NCBI GenBank assembly: GCA_965644295.1
Contig: CBFFRP010000172.1
Coordinates: forward strand, 1 to 64,000
Source: Paraphysomonas bandaiensis
Lineage: Eukaryota; Protista; Chrysophyceae
DNA length: 64,000 nt
Reading direction: 5' to 3'
The position numbers and the translations under genes are program-made. Below are positions 48,175 through 60,378 of the stretch, in pieces (positions within the stretch are counted from its first letter, which is position 1; each line of letters starts with the position of its first letter). The notes under the pieces were generated by a model. That model did no database searches and was not told the DNA's origin. It was given only the letters and a program-made list of their open reading frames with translations.

Positions 48175-49518
48175 TCATGAATGCAAAGTTCTAGCTTCTG
48201 TTCCATCGAACGGAGTCAACCTCTGCATGTTTCTAGTGATTGCACCGGAGGACTTTTCTTCCTCACCGCAGTCATTCTTCTCTTCTCCAGACGCGCCGTT
48301 TTCCAAATCATTATGAAATATGCTCATGCGGCAAGTCGGACAGCTGGCATTCACTCTTAGCCACTCGTCTACGCACTAGGAAGGGGCAGTTAGCAAAACA
48401 ATATGACTAGTAGTTTAACATACCTGGCTATGAAAGACGTGCTTGCACGGCATAACTCGAACTTTTTCCCCTACAGCCATGTCATTCAGGCAAATGGGAC
48501 AGGTGCTATCTCCTCCGCCAGGTAGAGTGTCAGCCTTGACAGTGACAAGAGGTATAGCTTCGATGGCATCCTCCGTCGCACCCTGTCGGCCACCATATAC
48601 ATCAGAGTGTATTGCGTACAATTTAGAAAGTACCTTAGGAGCTTGGGCATCCTGCATGCGGGCCAATATACGTATAAGACAGGGCATACAGAAGCAAAAT
48701 ACTGGAATGAGAAGAATAGCAACGATACAGGGTAAGCAGATCTGGATGTAGTTCACAATGAGCATCGCCACACAAAGATCGTAAACAGGCGACTTGAAGG
48801 CACTGTCACAGCTATACCCCAATATTAGAATTGGTACATATTCAACATTGCGCCAAATACTTACCTATCGTCTCCAAATATCCACATGTTTCCCACTACG
48901 AACCATATCAGACCAACGGCGTCAACCACATTTCTCGCGCTCGTCACTTTAGACTACACAGAGATATATAGATGACCATAAAAAACTAGTGTTCTTCCAA
49001 AAGACATAACGTACCAAGAGTGAGGGGCGGGAGTCCAGCCAACCTTTGAAAATATGCATGAAACAGACTAGACCAGTATACATAGCCATTCGAATGGCAG
49101 AAAGAGCACTCCACCACTTCCACCTCTGCATCCGTGGAGCGAAATTAACACATTCATCAACTACACAATCTAATAAAACACACAACTTACACTTCTATTT
49201 ATATCCTGGCAAGGATTTGAATCATTCCAGTGGAGAGAAAGTATTACCAAAGCTGCTAAAATCTGCAGAGGCAAATAAAAAACAAACATACATCACAACA
49301 GCACACACCTGTGGAAAATGTACCACGAATATCGCAGCGACTGTCACTCTTGCGCTGGAGAGTTCACTCAGGCGAGCATTGATTAGTGTTGGGTTCTCAT
49401 TATTTTCGCGTATGAGAGGAGTTTGTGCGTTATAGTTCTCGGGTAAAGACCGCAAGCCCAACTCTTGTGCTTGCAGCTGTCTGGCAAATGCTTCATCCGA
49501 TTCCAGATGGGATGACAT
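48175..49518 (-). CDS. Transmembrane RING-H2 E3 ubiquitin ligase with N-terminal ubiquitin-binding-like helix; multi-exon
   Basis: SDEAFARQLQAQE (MIU/UIM-like); TM segments; CPICLNDM...MPCKHVFHSQ|CVDEWLRVNASCPTCR; stop at 48175. Confidence 0.9.
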
Positions 49519-50115
49519 TACACTGCCTCCAGAGTGGGCCGGAATCCTAGAATAATGTGCTATTTTGGAATAAATATGAGCTCGGCTCAATATATAAGAC
49601 TCTCACAGAATAATTAAACTAATAACTCCTTAAATGATAAACTATATAAAATAACCTCTTAGACCATGAAGGCTATTTACAGGTTAACATCAATAACTAC
49701 AAAAGTAAAGAACTATGAACGGAATGAGGTCCACGGAAATATATAGAATGAAGATGATGATTGAGGGAAATGGAGCCGAAATCATACACAAGTCAACACC
49801 GTGCGTATTTTTTTGTAATGTACTCTGTGTACATAAAATACACTATGACAATATTCCTATAGAAACCCCACTCTTTCTACAGAAAGTACAGCAGAAGCCT
49901 ACTATACTATATATATTGTTCCGTTATCATAGGTATGTATACCGTATACAGAGTATGTATCCCGGTCTATCTCCTCGAGGTGTGTGTGTTGTGATAGGAT
50001 AGATCCGTGCTGTGATATGGTACCGTAGAGCTATGCATAGAATTCACATATATGTACATACATATATACACACCTAGAAAACACATATACTACTCTCTGA
50101 AACATATATTAAAGT

Positions 50116-51352
50116 ATGGCTTTTCCAGGCTTAGGTGGTCTACTTGGCGGTTCCAGCATGCTTAAGAAAGCAAAGAAGAAGGTCCCATTCGCAGACATTG
50201 ACTTAACTCTGTCTCCAGATAAAATAAAGAAGAGCCCAACTAATCGGATGAGAGATATAGGTCATATGCATCTCTGTGTAATGGGTTTGTGTAATGAGTG
50301 TTTGTATAGATACATTTCGTCTGCATGTTCCGCCAGAGGAAGAGAGGTCTGACTTTAAGATACCTGAATCAATGGATCGGATTAATATTCATGATCATAA
50401 GAATGTCATGGTGCTATGTGGAGGACATGTCGGGTTACATTTCACCTCACAGGTGCTCTAGTTGCGGATGTGTTGTATTTTGTGCTGAATGTATGACAGG
50501 AAATATCCGATATTATGCGACTGACGGGGGAGCTGGAACGCGCATTCAGGACACTCGAAGACTATTTTTCAAAGCTGCCCAACACATCCAAGCGATATTG
50601 CCTGAAGGATAATACGACACCTCCGGTTCCTGTGGCTGTGGACAACTCTGTCCAGCCCCCACCACCTCCCGAGTGTCAGCAGGATCAAGCTTGTGTGGAA
50701 GAGGTGATGACATTTCACACCCTTGCTGACGCAGTCGAGGACATTTTGAGGGAGACCCAAGACTTGGTCAGGCGCAAACAGTGCCAGGCTAGAGAGATTC
50801 CACGCGGCGAATGTGGGTACATCCGTCAATTTTTGTCTATTCTAAATGGATTTCTATTCCACAGCACTCAGTGTTGATCCGAACTGCGCGGAGGCAGACG
50901 AGCGACTTGAGTCTCTTCCTCGACCACAGTGGATTGAGACACTCTCGAGAAAGTTTTACACCCATACATCACCTGATTCAGATAATATATCTCAAGCTGC
51001 TGCTTCAGTGCCTCCTGTGGGCAAGTTCGCCGCGTTCTTGAGCTGCTGTCTGACGCACCAAGTAGATTGTACCGCGAGTGAATACAGGGCTCTGCTGGAG
51101 GTAAGCCGGTGTTTAGTCATGCTTGCTTCAGCAAAGAGTATCCTCATCTTATAAATTGTATAGCTTGTTCTTGCAAGTAGTGACCAGTATGGACAGCGTG
51201 GATCGATTGCCAACATAGAAGATGAGATTTTCAGTCACACACAAAAGTACTGGGCAAGCAGGTTCTTCCAGTTCATCAGAAAGCTCCCAGAGTTCAAAAC
51301 TGCTCTGAAGGACGAGAAGTCGCTTTACTTGTTTAATCAATTTATCCAATAG
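50116..51352 (+). CDS. Hypothetical protein; multi-exon
   Basis: Exons splice in frame (MAFPGLGG...RDI|DTFRLHVPP...FTSQ|EISDIMRLTGEL...|SLSVDPN...|LVLASSDQY...NQFIQ*); no recognisable domain. Confidence 0.65.
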
Positions 51353-51645
51353 CTAGATCTCACTCCTTTTATTTTTCCGTCCAACCCCGCCGTGCATTTA
51401 TGTTTGTTGTTTTTCATTCGTTTGTTATGTGGCAAATATTATCAACTAGCTTGTTTCTTTACATAGCTTTTCTGCCAAGTAACTTATGCTATGTTATAAC
51501 AGTAGCGAATATTTTGTTTGTATACCTGACAGCTTTATTGCACGCTGAAATGTAAAGTCACCAAATGAGTATTATGAGGTGTATTAAAATTTGTAATCAC
51601 ACTTTTAAAATCTATATCAACTAGAAGCAGTGCATGTCTTACTGT

Positions 51646-52085
51646 TAGCAATGGGCGTGTAAGAGTCAGAGCTAATGTAGCAAAACACAATTTAACTAAC
51701 TAGTGCTTAACTCTGATAGCCTACTATTTAACGCTACGATATAGCTGCTTGTGCGTCACCGCAAGCATCAAGGTGCAACCACTTTCGTTCTATCGCTCAA
51801 AGCAAACGCAGTGAGCAAGCAGAATGTTCATATACCTGGCATCTGCTATCTCAGGATTTTTGTGTCCTTCTAATGTGAATAGTCCGGATGCTTGGCTTCA
51901 GCAGGCAGCCCAATCCCCCGGATGCGCTTAAGGTGGACCCATTCCCGTAAAGCATTTGGCTATGAGTGGCAGAACAATATCTGCTGACAATATATGCGGC
52001 CACGTTAGTTTCCCCGAGAAATATCTCCGGTACTTATCCCCCAGAAGACCACGGAGAGGTGCGAGTCCGACTTTTTGTTGAGGGT
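51646..52085. repeat. Unclassified dispersed repeat family 3, second copy
   Basis: Homologous to 47268-47440; its right part GGTGCGAGTCCGACTTT is inverted-homologous to ~35359-35375. Confidence 0.6.
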
Positions 52086-52291
52086 ATCAACAACTAGATA
52101 CTTAGATATTAACTACTAGAGAATGATCAGTGGAGTCCATGTGTTGTAGAATATAGGCATATATACTCATAGTACATGTACTATGTACTGGTCATAATAC
52201 TCATAGTACAAGTCATAGTAGGTTCAGTAGATATAAAATATAGAGAAACATTGAGCAGTGACGCATTATACTTTACACTATATTACACACG

Positions 52292-55010
52292 CTAACCACT
52301 TGGCACAGATTCGTCGTAAAAAAGGAATTCAACTATTGTCATCAGTAACAACGATAGAGCTACACTTATCACAAAATATGCAAACATTAAGTTGAAATCT
52401 ATGCCACTACTAATAGATGGAATTTTTCCTTTATAAGATTTCGATTGCTCACTTACAGGTGCAATAGTTTCACTTTTGGAGGGGGATGATGTGGTCACAC
52501 TGGCCCAGTTTTCCGCTAACACACGTTGTGTGTGTGACGAGTTCACTGCGAGTACAGAACCATCTGTTTCGGTTACATTGCAGCAATGCTTATTCAGCGC
52601 AAGTACTTTCTCAAGTCTGTGCAGTTCCTCAGTTGAATCTGTAGTGAGAAATCATACCTCAAAATTTAAAAATGGAAGAGTGTACCTTGAACAGGCCCAA
52701 TATCCAACTCCTTTACTTTGCGCAAAGCCCTTTGGCTCTCAGCCCTGGCTTCCTCCCCTTCACCCATGCTGCAAGCCACAACAGCAACTAAACCCCAAGC
52801 ATGTCTTAATCTTTCTCGCTGCTCTGTATCATGGTCTTTTCCTCCTTTCCCTGCAGAAAGACTATCGAATTGTACCACAGCTGCGCGGGCTTCCTCTATT
52901 GCGTACTTAATTTTTCCAGAACGCATGTATGTATATGCAAGGTGAAAGTGGACATCTCCTTGTAACATTCTGTACGCCCGTGCCACCTCGCCTCCATCAA
53001 TAACAAGAGACTCGAAGCGCAAATGCATAGTACCATCGCTACTACTGCGCAACCTGACGGTTCACATAATTAGTCAGAAAAGTGCATACACAGCATATAG
53101 TACGAACTCACTTGTCATACTCCTCCCTTAGGGAATGAGCCCGCTCTAGACATCTCTGGGCAGCTCCCCTACTACTGGCACATACACCTCTTAAGTAATG
53201 CAATCGAATCCCGTCCATATACAACTCGTGTACATCTACCACCAGCTCATCATTCCCATTTTCTAACATAGTACGCTTCGTTTTCACTAGCAACTCTTCG
53301 CAGTGACGGGCTGCATATCCCATCAACTCCACTGCTTGCAAAGAATTCTCAATGCCCTCGAAGTTCTCCGTGTGTAGTATGTTATCGTCAAGTACAAATG
53401 GTGATATTTTCGACAGCTTCATATAATGCTCTCCACAGAGCTGATAGGTCTTGTAGGCATCCTTAAGACTTCCCAATCGCACGAACCTCTGCGCGATCTC
53501 ACATAGTTGCACGAAAATATCGTCTAGCTCTTCTAGATCGCAACAGGAGGCACTTTGCATCACACAGCTCTTGGTAGTTAAAAAATACACCCCCAGATTA
53601 CACTTGAGGATTGCTCCCTCTGCAGTATCTTCACCGCTAGCTTCAAGTTGGCTGAGAACCGACAGCGCCCCATCAACAGTGTCTAGCGCTTCAGTGGTTT
53701 GGTTGAGTGCAATATGTGCTTGAACGAGGTACTTGTATGAATCTAACAGCACATCAGAGTTAGAAGGGTACCCTAAAGGAATTCGACCATCTGCAAGCAG
53801 AGTAGGAGCAGCAGCAACAACATTCTGAAAATGAGGAAGGGCTTTGAGAGGGTGCCCCATCAGGCAGAGACACCGGCCCACCCCAGCAGATGCAGCGGCA
53901 TGATGTAGGTCGCTCTTTACTCCAAACTTGGGGGATGACGAAAATGTTAGCACTCGAGAGAAAAGAGAATTAGCGCGAACAACCGCTTCTCTCGAATTCC
54001 GTTCGGTCTCAGCTGCAGCGGCATCCTCGTTCCTGTGAAAAAATTACTATAATAGGTCAATATACAACAGAAGTAGTCTACGCACTTCGGTTGCACGTAG
54101 CATTTCAATGATGCGTTTGCACTCAGCAACATCAGATCCATTGAACGTCGTGTCCTTTCAATAGACGTCTCATCATTGTCATTATTGCCAGAGCATGATA
54201 TAAGTGATTCCGCGGCCTTCTCGTACGAAACTGACGCCTGTCGTCAACATGACATATGACAAACCATATATATCGACTTCGCACCTTATCAAATGCTCGC
54301 ATTCCATCCGCAGCTCTTGCAAGTCCCTCATACAATGACGAAACATCTCTTCCTGATTTGGCTACCAGGGCATCGGTGAACCACTTTCCCGCTTCCATCC
54401 ACTGTTCTTCAGATAGCAGAGTCCACCCATTCTTTCCATCATGAACACCTTTGGTTCGTCCAAACTTGGAGGCAATAACAGGCACACCAAGACGAGAGCA
54501 AGTTGAAGCGTGTAGATCAGTGTAATCATCTAAGGATGAATCATCCAAGTCGCAACGATGTTCGTGAATTATGTTTTGAATCTCACAGCTGAGGTTGTAT
54601 GCGCGACAAGCATTCTCTCGACTGGAATCCGAGCGCATCAAAGCACTAGCAAGAAAGTAGGTGCATTTCATTTGCTGAATTGGTTGAAGTTGTCGGCATT
54701 CTTGGCGCATATTTTCACATACATCAATACACATATCGTACTCTGATAGTTTAATAAAACAGCAGGCAGCATTGAGCATACAAGACACTAATACATCACC
54801 ACACTGTTCACTTATAGACTTCTCTTTAATAGTTCTCACTACATGCATATAGAGATCCGCTGCTTTCTTATAGCCATACTGTGTATTTCCCTCTACACAT
54901 TCTTCAAAGCACTGATCGGCTGTTAGTTTAATGCGATGCAGGGATTCGATCTCATTACTGTCCTCTCCATCCGTACACTCATCGATATCGTCCCATTTCT
55001 TATAGTCCAT
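52292..55010 (-). CDS. TPR-repeat protein with N-terminal DYxKWD motif and C-terminal TM anchor; multi-exon
   Basis: MDYKKWDDI start; TPR-like helices (LNAACCFIKLSEY, YFLASAL, GVGRCLCLMG, FHLAYTY); last exon FNLMFAYFVISVALSLLLMTIVEFLF is hydrophobic. Confidence 0.78.
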
Positions 55011-55533
55011 TGAGGATATATATAAAGGGTTATAGGTGATACAAGGAGGGGGAATGCATCTTAATTTGTGGGTGTATGAGCTGATTGTATGATCTCCAGG
55101 ATCTCCACGACATGCTCACATAATGTGGCACACTGTTGTACTGTTGTATTGCTGTACTGTCGTACTGTCGTACACATCATACTGTGGTCGTACCACACAT
55201 AATAAAATACAGTGCATATACAGTACCATATACAGCAGTATCTGTAGAGTGGGGGTATACAGTAAAAAATACACCCGTAGTCCTGTAGTTTTCACATACG
55301 ACCATATGGTCATATACACTCCCAACCAGCAATACTCCACCCCATAGCATCGGATCCAAAATTTTGAGTGTATACCAGCCCCTTCGATACCCCCGGCACG
55401 AGGGGCTCGTTAGGCTCTAACTTCTACTACGACTATTAGCTATGCCTTCCCCTGCACTTCTATATAATTGAATCCATACCTCATTCACGTACTAGATAAT
55501 CACATATTGGCAAGGTAACATATCCAAGTTGTC

Positions 55534-58432
55534 ATGATGAAGTATTTTATCCCCATTGGGTTACTTGCCTTCATTACGGGTGTTAACTCAGTGACTGTGG
55601 ATATGATTAATGGTACAGAAGTAGTTGATCCATGGCTTGAAACTGGATTTGTATCTATATCTGACAGATATTGGACAAGCGTTGAGACACTGGGCACTAC
55701 ATTCAAACCAGACTCTGTGATATTTGTCAGTTTACCTGATGTGGGTGGTCGGCACTATACGACTGGTACCCCTACCTCGATACGTATCACGAACAAAGTA
55801 TATAATAATGGGGTGTATACATTTGATATGAAACTCTTCCACCCGAATGATAGCTACTGCAGTAAAGAGTTTTATATTCCTAAATATCTGGAGAAACCTG
55901 TGTTAATTTCTTGGGTGGTAGCTAACAAGGGTGTGTATAACATCAGTGGGCATCAGTTCGTGTTGGACAGTGGCCTCGTTAATCGTACGCACAACCTCCT
56001 TGCTGGTGTAGGCGATACAGTTGATGTATTTAATTTTGAGTTCCCCACTGGATGCAATGCGAGCAATCCGAGTCAGATTTGCGCTTACCGCCAATCCCTT
56101 CCTCTTGAAAACCTAGGCGCTGTCTCTACTATTCAGACCTTTGTCAACGAGCACTATCTTCTGACACGTACATCCCGCATTAGGCGTCGTGATGTTACTA
56201 TCATTCTCACACCTCATGACTCATCAGATCCTTCGTACTTTATGATGGGCGAACACGAGGAGGTTGCATATATGGTTTTCGAGACTGGAGTCGTAATTAG
56301 CTGTGTGGAACGTGTGACGTTCGAGACGGTTCGATTCGACGATGTTACCAGTGAAGCTCTTTATTATTCTTATCACTTCTCCTATAAGTACGCCCCTGGT
56401 ATTTACGGAAGTTTGATCAGTCAAAATAGTCTTGTTGACTCTACTGGTGTTCGTGTTTTTGAGAGGACTGTGAGTGACGCTTATGTCATTACCCAGGAAG
56501 ACCAATGTGTTGAGAATCAAACTATTCATACGACTGAGGAATCCGTGGCTGCTCTTGTCGTTGGAGAGCTTTACAGTGCCGGAACTGAAGTGTGTGTGGT
56601 TAATTTCGTTCCACTTGAGTTTGGCTGTGACTATACAATACTCCTCTATGATTTGTTTGGAGATGGATGGGGAAATATTGAACTCGTTGTGACGACCGAT
56701 GGTTTCAGTCGAAAATACTCCCCTGATTGTAGCTGTCTTCAGATAGATATCTATTCTGATAGCTGTAATATTACTCTCAATATGACATCTGATGGAGACC
56801 CCATTGCTCCTTGGGAGGTGCTTTGGGTAACAGAGATTGGAGGGGAGACCTGGGTGGGTGATTTCGACTCAACTTTAAAGGCTAACAATCAAACTGTATG
56901 GTTTTATGACGACATGGTCGATTACGATCCGGAGAGTGATGTTAATGCTTGTCACGAGTGCAAGCACCCTCCACCCAAACCGAAGCCTGGGCCTGGTGGG
57001 TCTAAAGGCAAGGACGATGACACAACTACTGGTGATGATAAAACCACCCGTGATGATACCACCACTGGTGATGATGGTGCTGGCGATGATACTGTTGGTG
57101 ATGATGCTGTTGGTGGTGATGACACTGCTGCCGGTGATGATGGGGCTAGTGGTGGTGATGGCGACGGCAATGGCGAGGGCAGTGGAAAAGGTGCTGGTAA
57201 GGGTAAAGGGAAACGCCCTCCTGCGAAGGTTATCGTTGATCTATTCGATCATAAGAAGAATGGTGAGTATTTGTTTTCTTATGCTGCTGTTGTCTTACTT
57301 ATGGAATTTAGGCTGGTACGATGACAGTGGTGACTTCACTGATGTATGCGAAGGTGATGTTTGTGGGAGTCAGGAATGTGAAGATGAGGAAATTCAAGTT
57401 CCAAACATCCTCCACTATCCTCAGTATTTCATAATGAATGAGGATCGCACCAAGCTGATCAAATCTGGAACCATATGCAGTGACAACCGCGGGGTTGAGT
57501 TTTGCGAGGAGGTATTGCCTCATGATGGACGCTTCGTCTTCCGTGTGGCTGGCGAGAACCCACCGGGCGACAACGCTACTTGGTCTTTCTGTGGGCGCGA
57601 TGGAGGGATTAAGGAAGAACTGCAGTTCAGCATGCGCGCGGGCAAGTGTCATCCAGGGGATCAGTTCACTGCAGATGACTACTGCTCCGGTGTTACCACA
57701 CTTCTCAGTATTGGGGCAGTTCTCACCATCACAGATGTGTCTGCTGGCACTCTCTCCGAGTTTGATACAAAGACATTACAGCAACAGCTTACAGCTGTGG
57801 TTCCTGTCGTTCGTAATGTGAAAATATCTTCATACCAGCTGTCCGGATCTAATATCGAAGTTCAGACAGTAATCGTTGTTGCGGTTGAGGACTATGGTCT
57901 TGACGGCACGATCTTTTCTAACAAAGAATCTGTCTTCAGCACTGTATCAGATGCTCTTGCTTCCCCGATATCTAGTGGAGCTTTCCTTTCTGTCCTCCAA
58001 AACTCACTACGAAATTCTCCCCAGGGTGCTTCTGACGTGTTGTTGAAGGCCACTTCTGTATCAATTGACACAGTGGAAATGTCATCCTATGAGTATGTCA
58101 TGGGTATGAAGACTGACAGTGAAACTACTGAGTCTGCTGTTGAGGAAGAGACTGTAACGTCATCATCTAAGTCTAATGTGAACAGCTCCCCAAGTGGCAC
58201 TGTTCTAATCCTTTGTGGAGCTGTTGCTGGTGTTATTGCTGTAGCATTTGTGATCGCTAGAGCTGTTCGGAAATCGCGAATGGGCACCCCGAGTCACTTG
58301 CCCCTTCCCGACAACAGTGAACATGTTTCACTTGAATTCGATGACAACGCGGAGGAGGATACTATCCCTACGTTTGAGCTGAATGTCCAGGCGACGCAGC
58401 ATTCATACTTTAAGTCTTCTGAGAGGGTTTAA
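55534..58432 (+). CDS. Type I cell-surface membrane protein; 2 exons (intron 57263-57311)
   Basis: Signal peptide MMKYFIPIGLLAFITGVNS; beta-rich Cys-containing ectodomain; LYDLFGDGW and LFDHKKNGW motifs flanking a Gly/Asp/Thr linker; TM TVLILCGAVAGVIAVAFVIA followed by RAVRKSR. Confidence 0.85.
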
Positions 58433-58678
58433 TTGTGGTAGTGATATGTTGTAGCTAGTATTTAACAATTATTGAGATTAAGTAGCATCTTTTGATGGCT
58501 TGGCTGAGTTGAAATTGTGTGGGCTGTTTGGCGATGCTTGTTTCACAATATTCAGCTGGTAATAATCCAGTTTTTTAATGCAGCAACGAAATGAAATCTA
58601 TTCAGCAGCACTTTATCTACATACCTATAGAAGTGGCGTGAACGTGATTAGTGAACTAATTATTACACTACGGCAAAT

Positions 58679-59730
58679 CAGGGCTAGGAAACAATATATT
58701 GCAATACTATTGATGGATATTTTAAACAGGCCCAACAATACAATTACAATATATATTGCAATATATTACAGTTCGTTCACTCATAACTAACTGCTCCTAA
58801 TATCAGCAAGTATATTTCTGTAGTATGACTAATCAGTAAGTAAATGCATCCGTAGATTCCATTTTTAGTATTAGTCATTAAGATCACATAACAACCAAAC
58901 CAGCTACTGCTTATAGCTAATAAAAATCCACCTCATCCTTGTTCTCCGAGCATTCATCGGTGACGACAACATCACCATATGCATCTAGAATTAATTGAAT
59001 TATGCTTGCATCCGGCCACAACTGTCGATTAGCTTTCAGAAACAACAGCATATTTAGTATTTAGTGTAGTAGGATGATAATAAGGTTAGCTGCGCTGAAC
59101 AGGCGTTCCCATGTATTGGAAGTACATACTACATGACTCGTGGGCCTGTACTCTTAGATATTTCAACTCTTCGTGTCTTAATTTTTTGAGCTGACTGAAG
59201 AATTTTTTCAGCATATAGCCAACGTCAGCTTCATCATCTTCTATTTTGTTGCAATCACTGCTGAATGGAGATATACTCTAACAGCATCTTTCTCAGACCT
59301 TGTCAAATCAAATTCTTTGCCTGCTTGGATTTTTGCAATTCCATTATCAAAATTCGGATCATTAACAATGGAGCTGTGTTTCCCTAAAGCAGATAGGGGG
59401 TACCTTGCCCCGAAGTCCCTCAATAAGCCATTTTATTGTAACCATTTGATATCTTCTGCACTCGTACGCGCCCACAGACTTTGCATTCGTGTGTTGTTTG
59501 GTTCACCTTCAACAGGACTCCAAAAACAGCGGTAAATATCTCTACTTTTGTATGCATTCATCGTACAGATGTCTCTTCTTATCACTATAGGATATATATA
59601 CATTATATTAAGAGAATAACTGTACATACATGTGTAGGGGTGTACGTTTGATTGCAATATATTGCAATATATTGTGAGGCACCACCAATCAATGTATTAT
59701 TGCAATACAATATATTGTTTCCTAGCCCTG
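58679..59730. mobile_element. hAT non-autonomous element family 1, complete copy (1052 bp) with longer transposase relic
   Basis: TIR CAGGGCTAGGAAACAATATATTG; perfect TSD CGGCAAAT; minus-strand relics IVNDPNFDNGIAKIQAG...LTRSEKDAV and TSNTWERLFSAA. Confidence 0.95.
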
Positions 59731-59890
59731 CGGCAAATATTGCATAGTTTGATGATCCATCGATATATAACGCAGTTACGACGGTACTCTAACTACTGAA
59801 ACATGAATAAATTTATTAAGCTGTTCGGGATCCATATGCTCTCTAATCATATTGTACTATTATTTATTATTTATTCATCTCAGGGTTAGG

Positions 59891-59968
59891 CATGGCCTGG
59901 TAACCATTAAAGGTAATACCATTTTAAATACCGGGAACTGGGCAACCATTAATAGTTACCAGGCCCTG
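59891..59968. mobile_element. hAT-type MITE family 2, 78-bp minimal copy
   Basis: CATGGCCTGGTAACCATTAA ... TTAATAGTTACCAGGCCCTG inverted termini; TSD degenerate. Confidence 0.7.
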
Positions 59969-60042
59969 GGCTAGAGAGCAATATTTTGCAATACTATTAT
60001 TAGTTGTTAGATAGCAGAGAGCGTCTCATCAACTATATTGAT

Positions 60043-60185
60043 CAGAGCTTTGTAACCATTACCATTAGTGGCTCATTAATGGTAGTCCAGTTCCCGGCAA
60101 CTATAATGGCATTAATGACAAATGTCCCGGCAATTATAATGGCATTACCATTACTGTCATTACCTTTAACAGCTACCAGGCCCTG
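60043..60185. mobile_element. hAT-type MITE family 2, 143-bp copy
   Basis: Termini CAGAGCTTTGTAACC ... CTACCAGGCCCTG; perfect 8-bp TSD ATATTGAT; internal sequence is the reverse complement of the 14492 copy's subterminal repeats. Confidence 0.85.
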
Positions 60186-60378
60186 ATATTGATGGAGTTT
60201 TTAAACCGACACAACATGGTGGTATCATTATTCAGTAATTTAACAGTTGCGTAGATTCCATTTTTAGTACTAGTCATTAAGTTCACATTATGAAATTTAT
60301 CTCTATACGTTTCGTTCGTTGATGCTGTATAAGCATTTTTTATGTAGGTATAGAGTAGTATACAGTATACAGTAGGCG

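Larger units (their letters stand above)
59881..60290. mobile_element. Truncated hAT family 1 left end interrupted by two family 2 MITEs
   Basis: CAGGGTTAGG | insert | GGCTAGAGAGCAATATTTTGCAATACTATT...ATATTGAT | insert | ATATTGATGGAGTTTTTAAACC...GTAGATTCCATTTTTAGTA follows the family 1 sequence. Confidence 0.75.

Noticed and set aside
50450-50500. Apparent MYND-like zinc finger HRCSSCGCVVFCAEC
   Set aside because: The Cys-rich stretch lies within a GT-AG intron (about 50452-50499), and the flanking exons join in a different frame.
59747-59802. Possible C/D box snoRNA (TGATGA...CTGA, GTTT/AAAC stem, TACGACGGTA complementary to a conserved 18S segment)
   Set aside because: Only ~55 nt, the antisense stretch is not directly adjacent to the D box, and it lies between transposons. 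It cannot be supported without snoscan or small-RNA data.
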